The translations under genes were made by a program, and so were the position numbers. A stretch of DNA of 53,042 nt from Escherichia phage BEC1-17, in the sequence record MN158218. One strand, written 5' to 3'. Below, one piece after another: positions 25,159 to 34,151 of the stretch; within the stretch, counting starts at the first letter, position 1; each line of letters starts with the position of its first letter. Below the pieces are notes generated by a model. It was not told where the DNA came from and ran no database searches. It saw only the letters and a list, made by a program, of their open reading frames with translations.

Positions 25159-26138
25159 CAGCTACCTCCGCCTACTGTATGGTCAACACCGGGTTCAGTA
25201 ACATAGTCGTACTCAATCTTCGACAGTTTGCGTGGCTTCTTGAGTCGACGAACTTTCTTCGCGAACTGTCCGCCAAGAACCGTCAAGTCAGCACGCCACG
25301 GTCCTTTCGGTTTATTGTCACCCCGAAATCTTATAGTGTCGATTTTATACTGTCCGTTGTACTGTGTAAACATAGAATTTACTTGTACAAGACCACCAAT
25401 GGCCAGAGTAGGATTCAGGTTGCAAGTAACCTCAAGACCTTTGTCTGTGCCGCGAGGAGCACCAATCATGCCAGACGATTCTGACAGCACAACAACGTCA
25501 TAGTCAGTAACAGAGTCATTAGGAATGATATTAAGTTTATTGTCTTGTATAGACCAGGTAGCCTTGTTGGCAGCAGCAACCTGGTCGAGTACACTGTGCG
25601 TTTGTCCGAACAGAGTACGTGCTCTCAGGAAAGCTGGTTTGTTGCTGTCAAGGCAGACGTACCCTTCTTCAACGTTTGGCATGCTAGCCAGGCAAACGTC
25701 AACAACACTGTCATATGTAGAACCAGCAGCTAGTGTCGTATTAACAAAGCCATCGTTGTAAGATTTACGGGCATCGCCACATTCTAGAACAGTCTGAATG
25801 TCAAGGCCATTACGTTGGTCATTAGCCCGAGTAATATCGCCTTCGAATATCAAACGATAAACTATGTTGTCAAGACCGTAACCCACAGAGAGACGGACGT
25901 AATCCCAGGTACCTGACGCCAACTTATAACGGTTGGATTCAGTCAAGTTAAACACTGTGATTGTCGCTTTATTCGGATGCTTCGTGTTACCCTTTTGAAT
26001 GTCAAAGGTAACACGAAGATTTGAGATGATTATGCCTTCATCTTTACCGTTGCTGACCTCAAGCTTTAACGCGCGGCCAAACTGACGGGTAGGCTGTTTT
26101 GTCGACGATGTAGACACTGCAACGTCCTCCCATGTCAT
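25158..26138 (-). CDS. baseplate hub / tail protein (putative)
   Basis: 326 aa; synteny. Confidence 0.35.
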   Translation of the reverse strand: MTWEDVAVSTSSTKQPTRQFGRALKLEVSNGKDEGIIISNLRVTFDIQKGNTKHPNKATITVFNLTESNRYKLASGTWDYVRLSVGYGLDNIVYRLIFEGDITRANDQRNGLDIQTVLECGDARKSYNDGFVNTTLAAGSTYDSVVDVCLASMPNVEEGYVCLDSNKPAFLRARTLFGQTHSVLDQVAAANKATWSIQDNKLNIIPNDSVTDYDVVVLSESSGMIGAPRGTDKGLEVTCNLNPTLAIGGLVQVNSMFTQYNGQYKIDTIRFRGDNKPKGPWRADLTVLGGQFAKKVRRLKKPRKLSKIEYDYVTEPGVDHTVGGGS

Positions 26139-26451
26139 CTGTAGTCATAGGACCGATGCGGCTGGAGGATTTGTCACTTACCAGCAACGCTATACGCGTG
26201 TCCCAGTTACCAAAAGCAATACGCCCATATTGTAAAGCATAACTGGAACAAAGTACAGTATTACTTGATATGTCAGTCACTGTAGCCTGCCAGAGCTGAC
26301 CTACCGTGTTATAGTACAACTCAATGTTATACGTATATCCAGCGATAGAAATTGATATTGATTGCTTACCTTCGGAGGTAGGTTCCAAGTCATAAATACC
26401 AGAACCATCATTACCTATAATGTCAAGGAAAGCAGTTGTGGTAAATATCAT
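26059..26451 (-). CDS. tail protein (putative)
   Basis: 130 aa; synteny. Confidence 0.3.
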   Translation of the reverse strand: MIFTTTAFLDIIGNDGSGIYDLEPTSEGKQSISISIAGYTYNIELYYNTVGQLWQATVTDISSNTVLCSSYALQYGRIAFGNWDTRIALLVSDKSSSRIGPMTTDDMGGRCSVYIVDKTAYPSVWPRVKA

Positions 26452-27347
26452 CAGAATATGCCTCGTAAGTTAAAGCCAAACATGTCACCGAGTGTTACAC
26501 CAAAACCGCGGTTATCGTTTACACGTTTCTCGCTAATCGGTGTAGTTGTGTTTATGTCCTTCTTACTGGTGGCATCACCCTGACCTTGTGCACGTCCGCT
26601 TTTCTTAGTGCCGTTATTAGCAGGGCGACCTGTCGACTTAGCGGCTACAGCGTTTGTAACTACAATCGGTACTTCAATGACTTCACGGAACGTAAGGGTA
26701 AACGTGGCTGAACCATCTTTCTCCTGCACAACACGAACAGACTTCAAAAGCATATTCGTATACTTAAAGATACCAGTATCAACGTCACAGTAAATAACGT
26801 TTTTCTGTAAATCCAGCAGTGTACGGTATACCTGTTCAATCCTCATGTTGTCCGAAGACTTAAGTTGCTCAGCTATACTAAAGTCAGGAAGCCATGGAAC
26901 TAAAGAGCGTGAAATGGTGGCGTCTAAACCGCCCCAGTCTATAAAGGATGCTAGCTTGTTAACAGCAAAGTCCCTTGTTCCTTCAAGCGCAGTAGACACT
27001 ACCTGTGGAAGCTGAATATCATCCAAGAAATCCATAGACCGTAGACCGGTTACATCCTTAATTGTTGACTCTTGAATCGACTCGTCAATATAGCCAACTA
27101 CCACACCAGTTACAGTAATAACTTTTGGTTGTACTGCAGCATGGTCCGAAGCCTTAGCCCCGGACTCAAGTTCGTTGTCAGCGATGTCAAGGTCAGACTG
27201 ATGCTCTTCATTTGTGACAGCATCCATCTTAATACCTCCGCAGTTGCGGAAGCGTAAGGTGGTTGTACCGTCGCCCATGAGTCTGTCACGGGCATCTTGG
27301 TACAAGTTGTTGGCAGCATCAGTAATTCCAGCAAAGATGTCACTCAT
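26451..27347 (-). CDS. tail protein downstream of tape measure (putative)
   Basis: 298 aa; ATGA coupling to tape measure gene. Confidence 0.35.
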   Translation of the reverse strand: MSDIFAGITDAANNLYQDARDRLMGDGTTTLRFRNCGGIKMDAVTNEEHQSDLDIADNELESGAKASDHAAVQPKVITVTGVVVGYIDESIQESTIKDVTGLRSMDFLDDIQLPQVVSTALEGTRDFAVNKLASFIDWGGLDATISRSLVPWLPDFSIAEQLKSSDNMRIEQVYRTLLDLQKNVIYCDVDTGIFKYTNMLLKSVRVVQEKDGSATFTLTFREVIEVPIVVTNAVAAKSTGRPANNGTKKSGRAQGQGDATSKKDINTTTPISEKRVNDNRGFGVTLGDMFGFNLRGIF

Positions 27348-29026
27348 TGTGTTACCGCCGTTTTGTTGTTAGCCCTTACAGTAGCATTCTCTTTCTGCGC
27401 CTGTTTGACCTGGTCGTTGACCTCACGACCTACTTCTTGTGGGTTCTGTACACCGGTAATAGTAGCATCAACTTTAACGCTATTATCCTGATGGATAACA
27501 GTTGCGTTCTGTTGTTGGTTTTGCTTAGCTGTATTTATAGCTGACTGCATAGCCTGACCACCAGCTGTCATCTCCCCTGTGATAGGGTTGAAGTTACGCA
27601 TGGACCAGTTGAGCGCCCTACTCCAGAAGCTTCCGCCCCGTTCAGTTGTAGGCGACACAGCGTTAGCAGTAGCTTCAGCACCAGCCACGAGTTTGTTGCC
27701 CGCAAAGCCTAGTGTAGAATCGAGTTTACCAAACAACGCCATCAGGAACTTACCACCAGGCAGCTGGTAAAGTGCTTCAGACAACCAAAGCTTTATCTGC
27801 TCTATGCCTTGCTTAACTTCAACAAGGAAACCTTGCCACCAGTTACCGAGTTTGTTCCATAAGCGACCGTCAAATATTGACAGAATAAAGTCTGCAATAA
27901 CTACGATATACTGCTTGACAATTCCCCATGCGGCTACAACATCTTTTGACCACTTAACAACTGTCTCACGTCCTGCCAGAGCGTCGTCGAGGTCAGTGAG
28001 TACAGCAACAACTGTGCCGATAGCCAGTGCATACCACGTGAGCGGATTCATAAGCATTTTGGTAGCTAAACCCACAAAGGCGTTGCCGACCTTAGCTAGC
28101 CAGGGAATAAGTGCCGCCAGCACGGGAATAAGTGACAGCAGTGCGTATGATGTTATTGCAACCATTAACGGGAAGTTATCCCCGATAACGTAGATAAGTC
28201 GTTTTACGTTTTCAATTATATTGAATACAACTTCGTCGAACTTTCTAAATGCCGCAGTAAGTGTGGTATCGTTAAGCACTGCTGTTAGTGACTTAACCAT
28301 ACTTATCGCGCCTTTAGTTACCTCATCCCATACTCTGGTCTGGGCAATCTTAGAACGAGCAGCATACCAAATTGTACTCAGGTTAGTTAACTGCGCTTTG
28401 AGTGTCTGTGACACTTCGTGGGCAATTGGTTTTAAACGTTCGGCTTCTTGTTTGAGCGCGCTAGTCAGTATGTCGGCAGTGATTTGCTTCTGCCGCATCA
28501 TATCCTGAAGCTCGCCAAGCTTCTTACCAGTGTAGCGGGACAATGCGCCCCAGATGTCAACACCGGCGTTAATGAACTGGTTCTTTTCCTGGCCCTGCAA
28601 TGAACCCATCGCAGACGCCTGGCCATACGCAACAATGGTACGTGCCAAATCACCGCCTGTTGCAGCAGTGATTGTTTTGAGCATTTGTAGCGAACCGTTT
28701 AACGGGTCAACGCCATACGATTTAAGTTTAGTAAAGCCGTCTAGTGCCTCCTGGAATGGTGTACCCATTTGCAGAGACATATCCATCAGCGTTTTCCACG
28801 TCGATTCGACGTCGTAGCCGAAGCCTTTAATCTTGGCGGCGAGTACGTCGGCCTCTAACGCAGGCGCAAACATCCTGCCGAGCGCACCAGCAGCACGCTC
28901 AGCAAGATTGATTACATCGCCGAGGGTAATCACAAAACGGCGGGACAGCTGGTCGAAGAGGTCAAAGCCAGAACTATCAGCTTTACTCTCAAGCGTTACC
29001 AGAAAGCTATCGATTATGGTCGCCAT
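27344..29026 (-). CDS. tail tape measure protein
   Basis: 560 aa, alpha-helical with hydrophobic central segments; follows the frameshifted chaperone gene pair. Confidence 0.6.
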   Translation of the reverse strand: MATIIDSFLVTLESKADSSGFDLFDQLSRRFVITLGDVINLAERAAGALGRMFAPALEADVLAAKIKGFGYDVESTWKTLMDMSLQMGTPFQEALDGFTKLKSYGVDPLNGSLQMLKTITAATGGDLARTIVAYGQASAMGSLQGQEKNQFINAGVDIWGALSRYTGKKLGELQDMMRQKQITADILTSALKQEAERLKPIAHEVSQTLKAQLTNLSTIWYAARSKIAQTRVWDEVTKGAISMVKSLTAVLNDTTLTAAFRKFDEVVFNIIENVKRLIYVIGDNFPLMVAITSYALLSLIPVLAALIPWLAKVGNAFVGLATKMLMNPLTWYALAIGTVVAVLTDLDDALAGRETVVKWSKDVVAAWGIVKQYIVVIADFILSIFDGRLWNKLGNWWQGFLVEVKQGIEQIKLWLSEALYQLPGGKFLMALFGKLDSTLGFAGNKLVAGAEATANAVSPTTERGGSFWSRALNWSMRNFNPITGEMTAGGQAMQSAINTAKQNQQQNATVIHQDNSVKVDATITGVQNPQEVGREVNDQVKQAQKENATVRANNKTAVTQ

Positions 29027-29617
29027 GGATTTCCTCTAACTCGGCATAGTCCAGAATAGCAATATGCAGGTCGCACAAATCACACAAGCTGTAAGATGAC
29101 TTTAATTCTGCAAGGGTCACATGACCCTTGAGAATAGGAAGCCAAACGAACCAGTCAGTTTCTTGCGTCCCTGACTGTTGCTTGCGTTTTATTTCGTCAA
29201 GGGCGTGGCTAGACCCGCTAGACCTGACAGGCCATTCCCTTTGAAAAAATCCGCGAACTGATATACCAATCCCTCCTTGAGCACACCGAAGATGTGGCTA
29301 CGATATGCGTTGAAGTGTTGGTCTTTACAGTCAGACAGCTTACGCGGTTTGCCATCAACTACAACAACAGTATTGCGGAAGATTAATTCCTCAATAGCTG
29401 TCATCTCGTCAGAACCTGCGTTCTCCAGAACAGCGTCCAACAGGACCAGCATTGCTTTCTTGCCGTCCACTTTGCCGTCTTTACCCACAATGTCAGCGTT
29501 GCCAATGCCTTTGAACAGCTTACCTGCTTTTTTCAGGACCGTCCAGGCTTGCAGCGCATTTGCGAGTGTCATGTTGTACGTTACGTCGTCGATGTCAAAT
29601 GATTTGGGCTCAGTCAT
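29007..29617 (-). CDS. tail assembly chaperone -1 frameshift fusion product (GT-like)
   Basis: -1 frame is open from slippery site T_TTT_TTC (29243-29249) across the 162-nt gap to a TAG at 29007-29009. Confidence 0.5.
29189..29617 (-). CDS. tail assembly chaperone (G-like, in-frame product)
   Basis: 142-aa ORF between tube and tape measure genes; contains slippery heptamer near 3' end. Confidence 0.55.
   Translation of the reverse strand: MTEPKSFDIDDVTYNMTLANALQAWTVLKKAGKLFKGIGNADIVGKDGKVDGKKAMLVLLDAVLENAGSDEMTAIEELIFRNTVVVVDGKPRKLSDCKDQHFNAYRSHIFGVLKEGLVYQFADFFKGNGLSGLAGLATPLTK
29243..29249 (-). promoter_or_regulatory. programmed -1 ribosomal frameshift slippery heptamer T_TTT_TTC
   Basis: heptamer in correct X_XXY_YYZ register relative to the chaperone reading frame. 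Confidence 0.55.
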
Positions 29618-29635
29618 TTGTGCTTTCCTCTATTG

Positions 29636-30067
29636 TTACTGGTCAAAGCCTTCAGTCAACTGCATACCACCTTGGTGGAACACAATAGCGAAGGTAGTCG
29701 GGTTATGGCCGTTACCGCGAGTCCACGGGGAACCATCGGTAAAGTAACCTTTTTTACCCCATGCCAAATCCTGGTTTAACAGGTCTTTGGCTTGCAGCAC
29801 AAACGGGACGAATCCACGAATGTTGTTGCGTTGCAGGTTGTACTGGTCGTTAAGCCATTTGGCATCCGGACCATTTTGCTTAACCTTGATAGTTAGCTTA
29901 ATGGCTTTGGACGGGTTCATAATCTGAATGCCATTGCCATCTGCACCTGCAAGATAGGTGGAAGCTGGGTCCACCCATTGCACGTCAATGACATCGGCAC
30001 CGTCTGCCCAGTCGGACAGCTGAACACCATTCAGGCTCAACACGCATTCAGAAGAATCGATGATCAT
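29636..30067 (-). CDS. tail tube protein (putative)
   Basis: 143 aa; between sheath-like and chaperone genes. Confidence 0.45.
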   Translation of the reverse strand: MIIDSSECVLSLNGVQLSDWADGADVIDVQWVDPASTYLAGADGNGIQIMNPSKAIKLTIKVKQNGPDAKWLNDQYNLQRNNIRGFVPFVLQAKDLLNQDLAWGKKGYFTDGSPWTRGNGHNPTTFAIVFHQGGMQLTEGFDQ

Positions 30068-30078
30068 TGATCTGCTCC

Positions 30079-31218
30079 TTAGCGAGTGAAGTTAATCAGG
30101 ATGTCGCTGGAGTGGATTGCACCAGCCAGCTTAATCGCGATTTGCATTACAACGGCCTGACGAGCTTCACGCTCATCCAGAGGCTGGTCATCTACGTCAG
30201 GGATGTAGATGTAGAAACCTGTTTCGAGTCGGTCGCCATAAGACAGTGTACCAAACTCATCACCGTACCAGATACCAGGCGCAACCAAGCCGTTGTCGAC
30301 AGCCTGCTGACAGGCAACAGCTGCAGCACCGGTAAGGCGCTCGTGACCTTTGTTCGTCTGCGGCACCTTCGTGGGTGACGTAGCGATTGAGTTGAAGACG
30401 TAAGTCTGAACTGCATTGCAGAACCAGTCTAGACCGTGTACTTCATCCCAGAAGCGAGGCGGTTTGGACGTACCGAGAACAGTACCCTCAGCAAGCATAG
30501 CAAAGGTGCTGTAGTAGGTGTACCAGTTAATACCCAGCGCTTTACACTTGTTAGCTTCAGTAAGCGTTAAAGTGTTGTTCGGTGTAATACCAGGCTCTTG
30601 TTTGAACTTCATGGTAATCGTGGTGCGGTTACCAGAGAAGTTAACGGACAGAGCACGCGCCATAGCAGAGATGTCTGCGTAGTGTTGGTTGTTCTTATCG
30701 TACTGAAGCCACATATTGTTGTAGCCTTTACCCGCCAGAACTTTAATCGGGTTAGAGTCGCTGTTTTCAATATGAGTTGCTTTAGTGGTAGTATAGCTAC
30801 AACGCTTTTTGTCGTAAGCAGCAACAGTTGACGCCAGCAAATCGATGTCAGCGTCAGACAGCTCACCAGTAGGTGGAAGCGGACGCAGAACATACCAGTC
30901 AGGGTACACATCGTTGAATGCTTTAATAGCCGCATCCAGAGTAGAGGTGCTGTTCCATGAGGCGATAACTACTGAACGAGGACGCGGAGATTGTGCAAAG
31001 AAAATCTTCAACGCGCCAAGTACAACTGAACCAGAACCCCAATAAGACTCGGCGTCAGCGTAGCTGCCGATTTCAACATAGTGTCCGTTTTCGCTGTCAG
31101 GAAAAGCAGTGCCAGGGTCCTGAGTTAAAAGAGCCAGCTTACCGAAGTCACCTTTGCTGATACCAGTTGGAGTGTTGTTCAGTTGAACGTTTACAATCTG
31201 GTTTACATTCAACGGCAT
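30079..31218 (-). CDS. tail sheath protein (putative)
   Basis: 379 aa; immediately upstream of tube gene; own promoter-like element upstream. Confidence 0.45.
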   Translation of the reverse strand: MPLNVNQIVNVQLNNTPTGISKGDFGKLALLTQDPGTAFPDSENGHYVEIGSYADAESYWGSGSVVLGALKIFFAQSPRPRSVVIASWNSTSTLDAAIKAFNDVYPDWYVLRPLPPTGELSDADIDLLASTVAAYDKKRCSYTTTKATHIENSDSNPIKVLAGKGYNNMWLQYDKNNQHYADISAMARALSVNFSGNRTTITMKFKQEPGITPNNTLTLTEANKCKALGINWYTYYSTFAMLAEGTVLGTSKPPRFWDEVHGLDWFCNAVQTYVFNSIATSPTKVPQTNKGHERLTGAAAVACQQAVDNGLVAPGIWYGDEFGTLSYGDRLETGFYIYIPDVDDQPLDEREARQAVVMQIAIKLAGAIHSSDILINFTR

Positions 31219-31250
31219 TTTTGTTTACCTCTTGGGTGGACTTTCCGGCC

Positions 31251-31279
31251 ATTATACTCAGTAAGTTTAACCAAGTAAA
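31251..31279 (-). promoter_or_regulatory. sigma70-like promoter on minus strand (TTTACT-N17-TATAAT) upstream of sheath gene
   Basis: minus-strand TATAAT at 31251-31256 and TTTACT at 31274-31279; inside an inverted repeat GGCCATT/AATGGCC. Confidence 0.4.
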
Positions 31280-31304
31280 TGGCCAGTGCAAAGTTAATTA
31301 ATTT

Positions 31305-33437
31305 TTATGCTGCATCGACGGACTGATAAGAGCTGTCCGACGCTGTAGCATTTCTCACAGTTACTGTGGCACCAATACGACATCCACCGTTACCAACGCC
31401 AGTAATAACACCGGTATTACTTACAGTAGCGACAGTATCGTCTGTAGTTGTATACTGAATGTTATAGCCTGGGTCTGTCTTAGCGTATTCAGGTCTAACA
31501 GTTACAACCAGCTGCTGCGTGTTGCCAACAGTAAGTGCAGGCAGCGAATCGGTAGTAACAGAAAGCTCAGACACGTAAGGAGATGTTGTACCAGAAGCAG
31601 CAACACCGTTCATCACAACGTTAGCAGTAATAGTTGCTGAACCTTCAGATTTAGCAGTCATCAAGCCATTTGCATCTATACTAATGATAGCGTCATTTGA
31701 CGATTCATAAGTAACGGTAACGCTCTTAGAGTCCGACGGATAAACCTCAACATCAAGCTGTTTGGTGTTACCCACAAGCCATTCGGCATACTGAGGGTAT
31801 ACCTGTACCTTCTCAGAAATTTGTGCCCAAGTAGCTGCGCTAATGTCAGCGCCATTACTAGTTGCGTAAATCCAGATGTTACATCCGCCACTAGCTACAC
31901 CAGTTACAACGCCTGACGAATCAACAGTTGCAATATCTGGGTTAGCAGACTCATAACGAATATTAGTCAGGTCAGCATCAGACGGTCTAACAGTGTAAGT
32001 GAACTGCTGAGTACCACCGACTGGAATACCACCAAGACCATCTGGTGTAATAACAGCCACCTCTGTGCAAGTAGCTACAAATGAAGCAACAAGTCCACCG
32101 TCGTCTGTTGTAACTGTAATAGTCGAAGTTCCAGGTGATTGACCATATATAACTCCGTTAGTGTCAACAGTAACAGCGTCTGGGTTTGAACTATTGTAGC
32201 TAACTTTTTTGTTGGTTGCGTTGTCAGGTGTTATAACAATTTTAGTCTGCACCTGATGGCCGGCGCTTACTTTAGTCGGAGAGTCAGGAGCCCATGCAAC
32301 GTCCGTAACTGCGATGCTGGGGTCTGTAACTTTAACCTCGATTCTATCAGTAAAGTTCCCGTCGTTAGTGATAACAGTAACATCAATTAAGCCTGCAGCG
32401 TTAGCGGTTACCAAACCAGCTTCAGTCACAGACGCAACTTCTGATACAGGAGCACTCCATACAACAGATGGGTCAGTAGCATTTTCAGGAGTCACAGTGG
32501 CATGTAGCTGAAGAGTGTCACCAACTTCCATGGAAGCTGTATCGCCTTCGTCAATACTTACACCGGTAACATTTACAGCAGGCACCCTGACTATAATGTC
32601 AAGCGTGTCAGTCTTATCACCGTCATTCGTCTTAACAGTAACAGTGGCATTACCAGCTATAATACCCGTAACATTTCCGTCAGTATCCACAGTTGCTACA
32701 GTAGGCGCGCTGCTTTCGTATGTCACTGTTTTGTCAGTGGCATCTTCTGGCGATATACGAATACTAGTACCAGCTGTGCTTCCGATATTAACGTTAAGAG
32801 GTGACTGAGTAAGAAACTCAACTCCTGTAACGTGTACAACAGGCGGAATAACAGTTACAGTACAGCTATCGAATATAGAGCTGTCAACACCGTACTGTAC
32901 GTTTACAGTTGTTTCGCCATCTCCAATGGCAGTGACAAGCCCGCTGTCGTTAACGATAGCAACAGACTCATCGTCTGAAATCCAGTAGAAATCAGGTTTG
33001 TCTGCATTAGCAGGTAAATAGGTGTATGTCAGGCGTTGAGTCTTGCCCTCTTCAAGTGTCACACTTGTGGGAGACACTGTAACAGATTCAACAAGGATAG
33101 GTGCCCGAGCAATGTTAAACTTTGCCCGTACTGTATAACCGCCGTCAACAGACGTACCAGTCACGTATGCAACACCTTCCGCCAGTGGCTTCACAAATCC
33201 GAGCTCATCAACAGTGATAACGTCCTGGTCGCTAGATTTCCATGCCATACCGCGCTCAGTAGCGTTGGTTGGAATGTAACGCACAACTAGCTGAACAGGG
33301 TCATCACCCGCGACGATTGAGTACTCGTAGTTGGAAAGCATTATACCTTCCAGCGGAACATTGGGGGTAAAACCTTTACCCCCGTTGCTCTTACTGAACT
33401 GGACGTCGACAACCTCATTAAGTGGAAGCGACATCAA
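31305..33437 (-). CDS. virion protein with at least seven tandem bacterial Ig-like (Big_2-type) domains
   Basis: repeated ~80-aa units with (Y/W)-x-S-S-(N/D)-x-x-(V/I)-A-T-V-D...G-x-V-T-A...G-x-A-T-I-T-A signature. Confidence 0.6.
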   Translation of the reverse strand: MMSLPLNEVVDVQFSKSNGGKGFTPNVPLEGIMLSNYEYSIVAGDDPVQLVVRYIPTNATERGMAWKSSDQDVITVDELGFVKPLAEGVAYVTGTSVDGGYTVRAKFNIARAPILVESVTVSPTSVTLEEGKTQRLTYTYLPANADKPDFYWISDDESVAIVNDSGLVTAIGDGETTVNVQYGVDSSIFDSCTVTVIPPVVHVTGVEFLTQSPLNVNIGSTAGTSIRISPEDATDKTVTYESSAPTVATVDTDGNVTGIIAGNATVTVKTNDGDKTDTLDIIVRVPAVNVTGVSIDEGDTASMEVGDTLQLHATVTPENATDPSVVWSAPVSEVASVTEAGLVTANAAGLIDVTVITNDGNFTDRIEVKVTDPSIAVTDVAWAPDSPTKVSAGHQVQTKIVITPDNATNKKVSYNSSNPDAVTVDTNGVIYGQSPGTSTITVTTDDGGLVASFVATCTEVAVITPDGLGGIPVGGTQQFTYTVRPSDADLTNIRYESANPDIATVDSSGVVTGVASGGCNIWIYATSNGADISAATWAQISEKVQVYPQYAEWLVGNTKQLDVEVYPSDSKSVTVTYESSNDAIISIDANGLMTAKSEGSATITANVVMNGVAASGTTSPYVSELSVTTDSLPALTVGNTQQLVVTVRPEYAKTDPGYNIQYTTTDDTVATVSNTGVITGVGNGGCRIGATVTVRNATASDSSYQSVDAA

Positions 33438-33445
33438 TCAGCTCC

Positions 33446-34084
33446 TTACTCAGCAGTAACAGTTACTGACGCGGTGTCAGTGAAGCTGCCATCAGCTGTT
33501 TTGACAGTGATGGTGACGACACCAGCTGCTTTACCGGTCACCAGACCAGTTGCACTAACGGTAGCTTTAGCCTGGTCGTTTGATTCGTAGGTAACAGCTT
33601 TGTTAGTAGCGCCAGCAGGCAGTACAGTTGCAGTTAGCTGTACAGTGGAGCCTACTACAACACTCGGCGACTTAGGCGCTAACGTAACACCAGTGACGGC
33701 TACAGGTGGAGCAGTTACAGTAATTGCTACAGTATCGGTTTTGGCAGGGTCAAGCTTGGATTTAGCAGTAATAGTTGCTGAACCTACTTTGATACCCTGA
33801 ACACGACCTGAACCATCAACAGTGGCTTTGTCAGGTGCATCGCTTTCCCACAATACAGTAACGTCATCTGCGTCTGCCGGGGCTACTGCTGCTGTCAGAG
33901 TAGTAAACTCACCAACAGCAATTGACTTAGTCTTAGGTGTAGCAGTTACACCGGTAACTGGGGTTGGAATGAATTTTCCGTTCTCGTCAAGCTTGGTAGG
34001 CTTGGATAACGGGAACTGAGTAACCGACTCTTGACGCAGGTCTGCGTCTTTAACAGGACGGTTGGCTGTAGTACGATTTGCCAT
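33446..34084 (-). CDS. virion protein with two Ig-like (Big_2-type) domains
   Basis: VTYESNDQAKATVSATGLVTGKAAGVVTITVKTADG and VLWESDAPDKATVDGSGRVQGIKVGSATITAKS repeats. Confidence 0.55.
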   Translation of the reverse strand: MANRTTANRPVKDADLRQESVTQFPLSKPTKLDENGKFIPTPVTGVTATPKTKSIAVGEFTTLTAAVAPADADDVTVLWESDAPDKATVDGSGRVQGIKVGSATITAKSKLDPAKTDTVAITVTAPPVAVTGVTLAPKSPSVVVGSTVQLTATVLPAGATNKAVTYESNDQAKATVSATGLVTGKAAGVVTITVKTADGSFTDTASVTVTAE

Positions 34085-34106
34085 CTGGAGAATCCTCTTA
34101 TTGGGT

Positions 34107-34131
34107 GCGCCAGCTTATTATAGGCTGGCGC
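34107..34131 (-). terminator. hairpin GCGCCAGC-N9-GCTGGCGC between the 985-aa gene and Ig-like gene
   Basis: 8-bp perfect stem; no clear T-tract (could be attenuator or processing site). Confidence 0.3.
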
Positions 34132-34151
34132 CTCGGTTAAGTAAATAGTGG

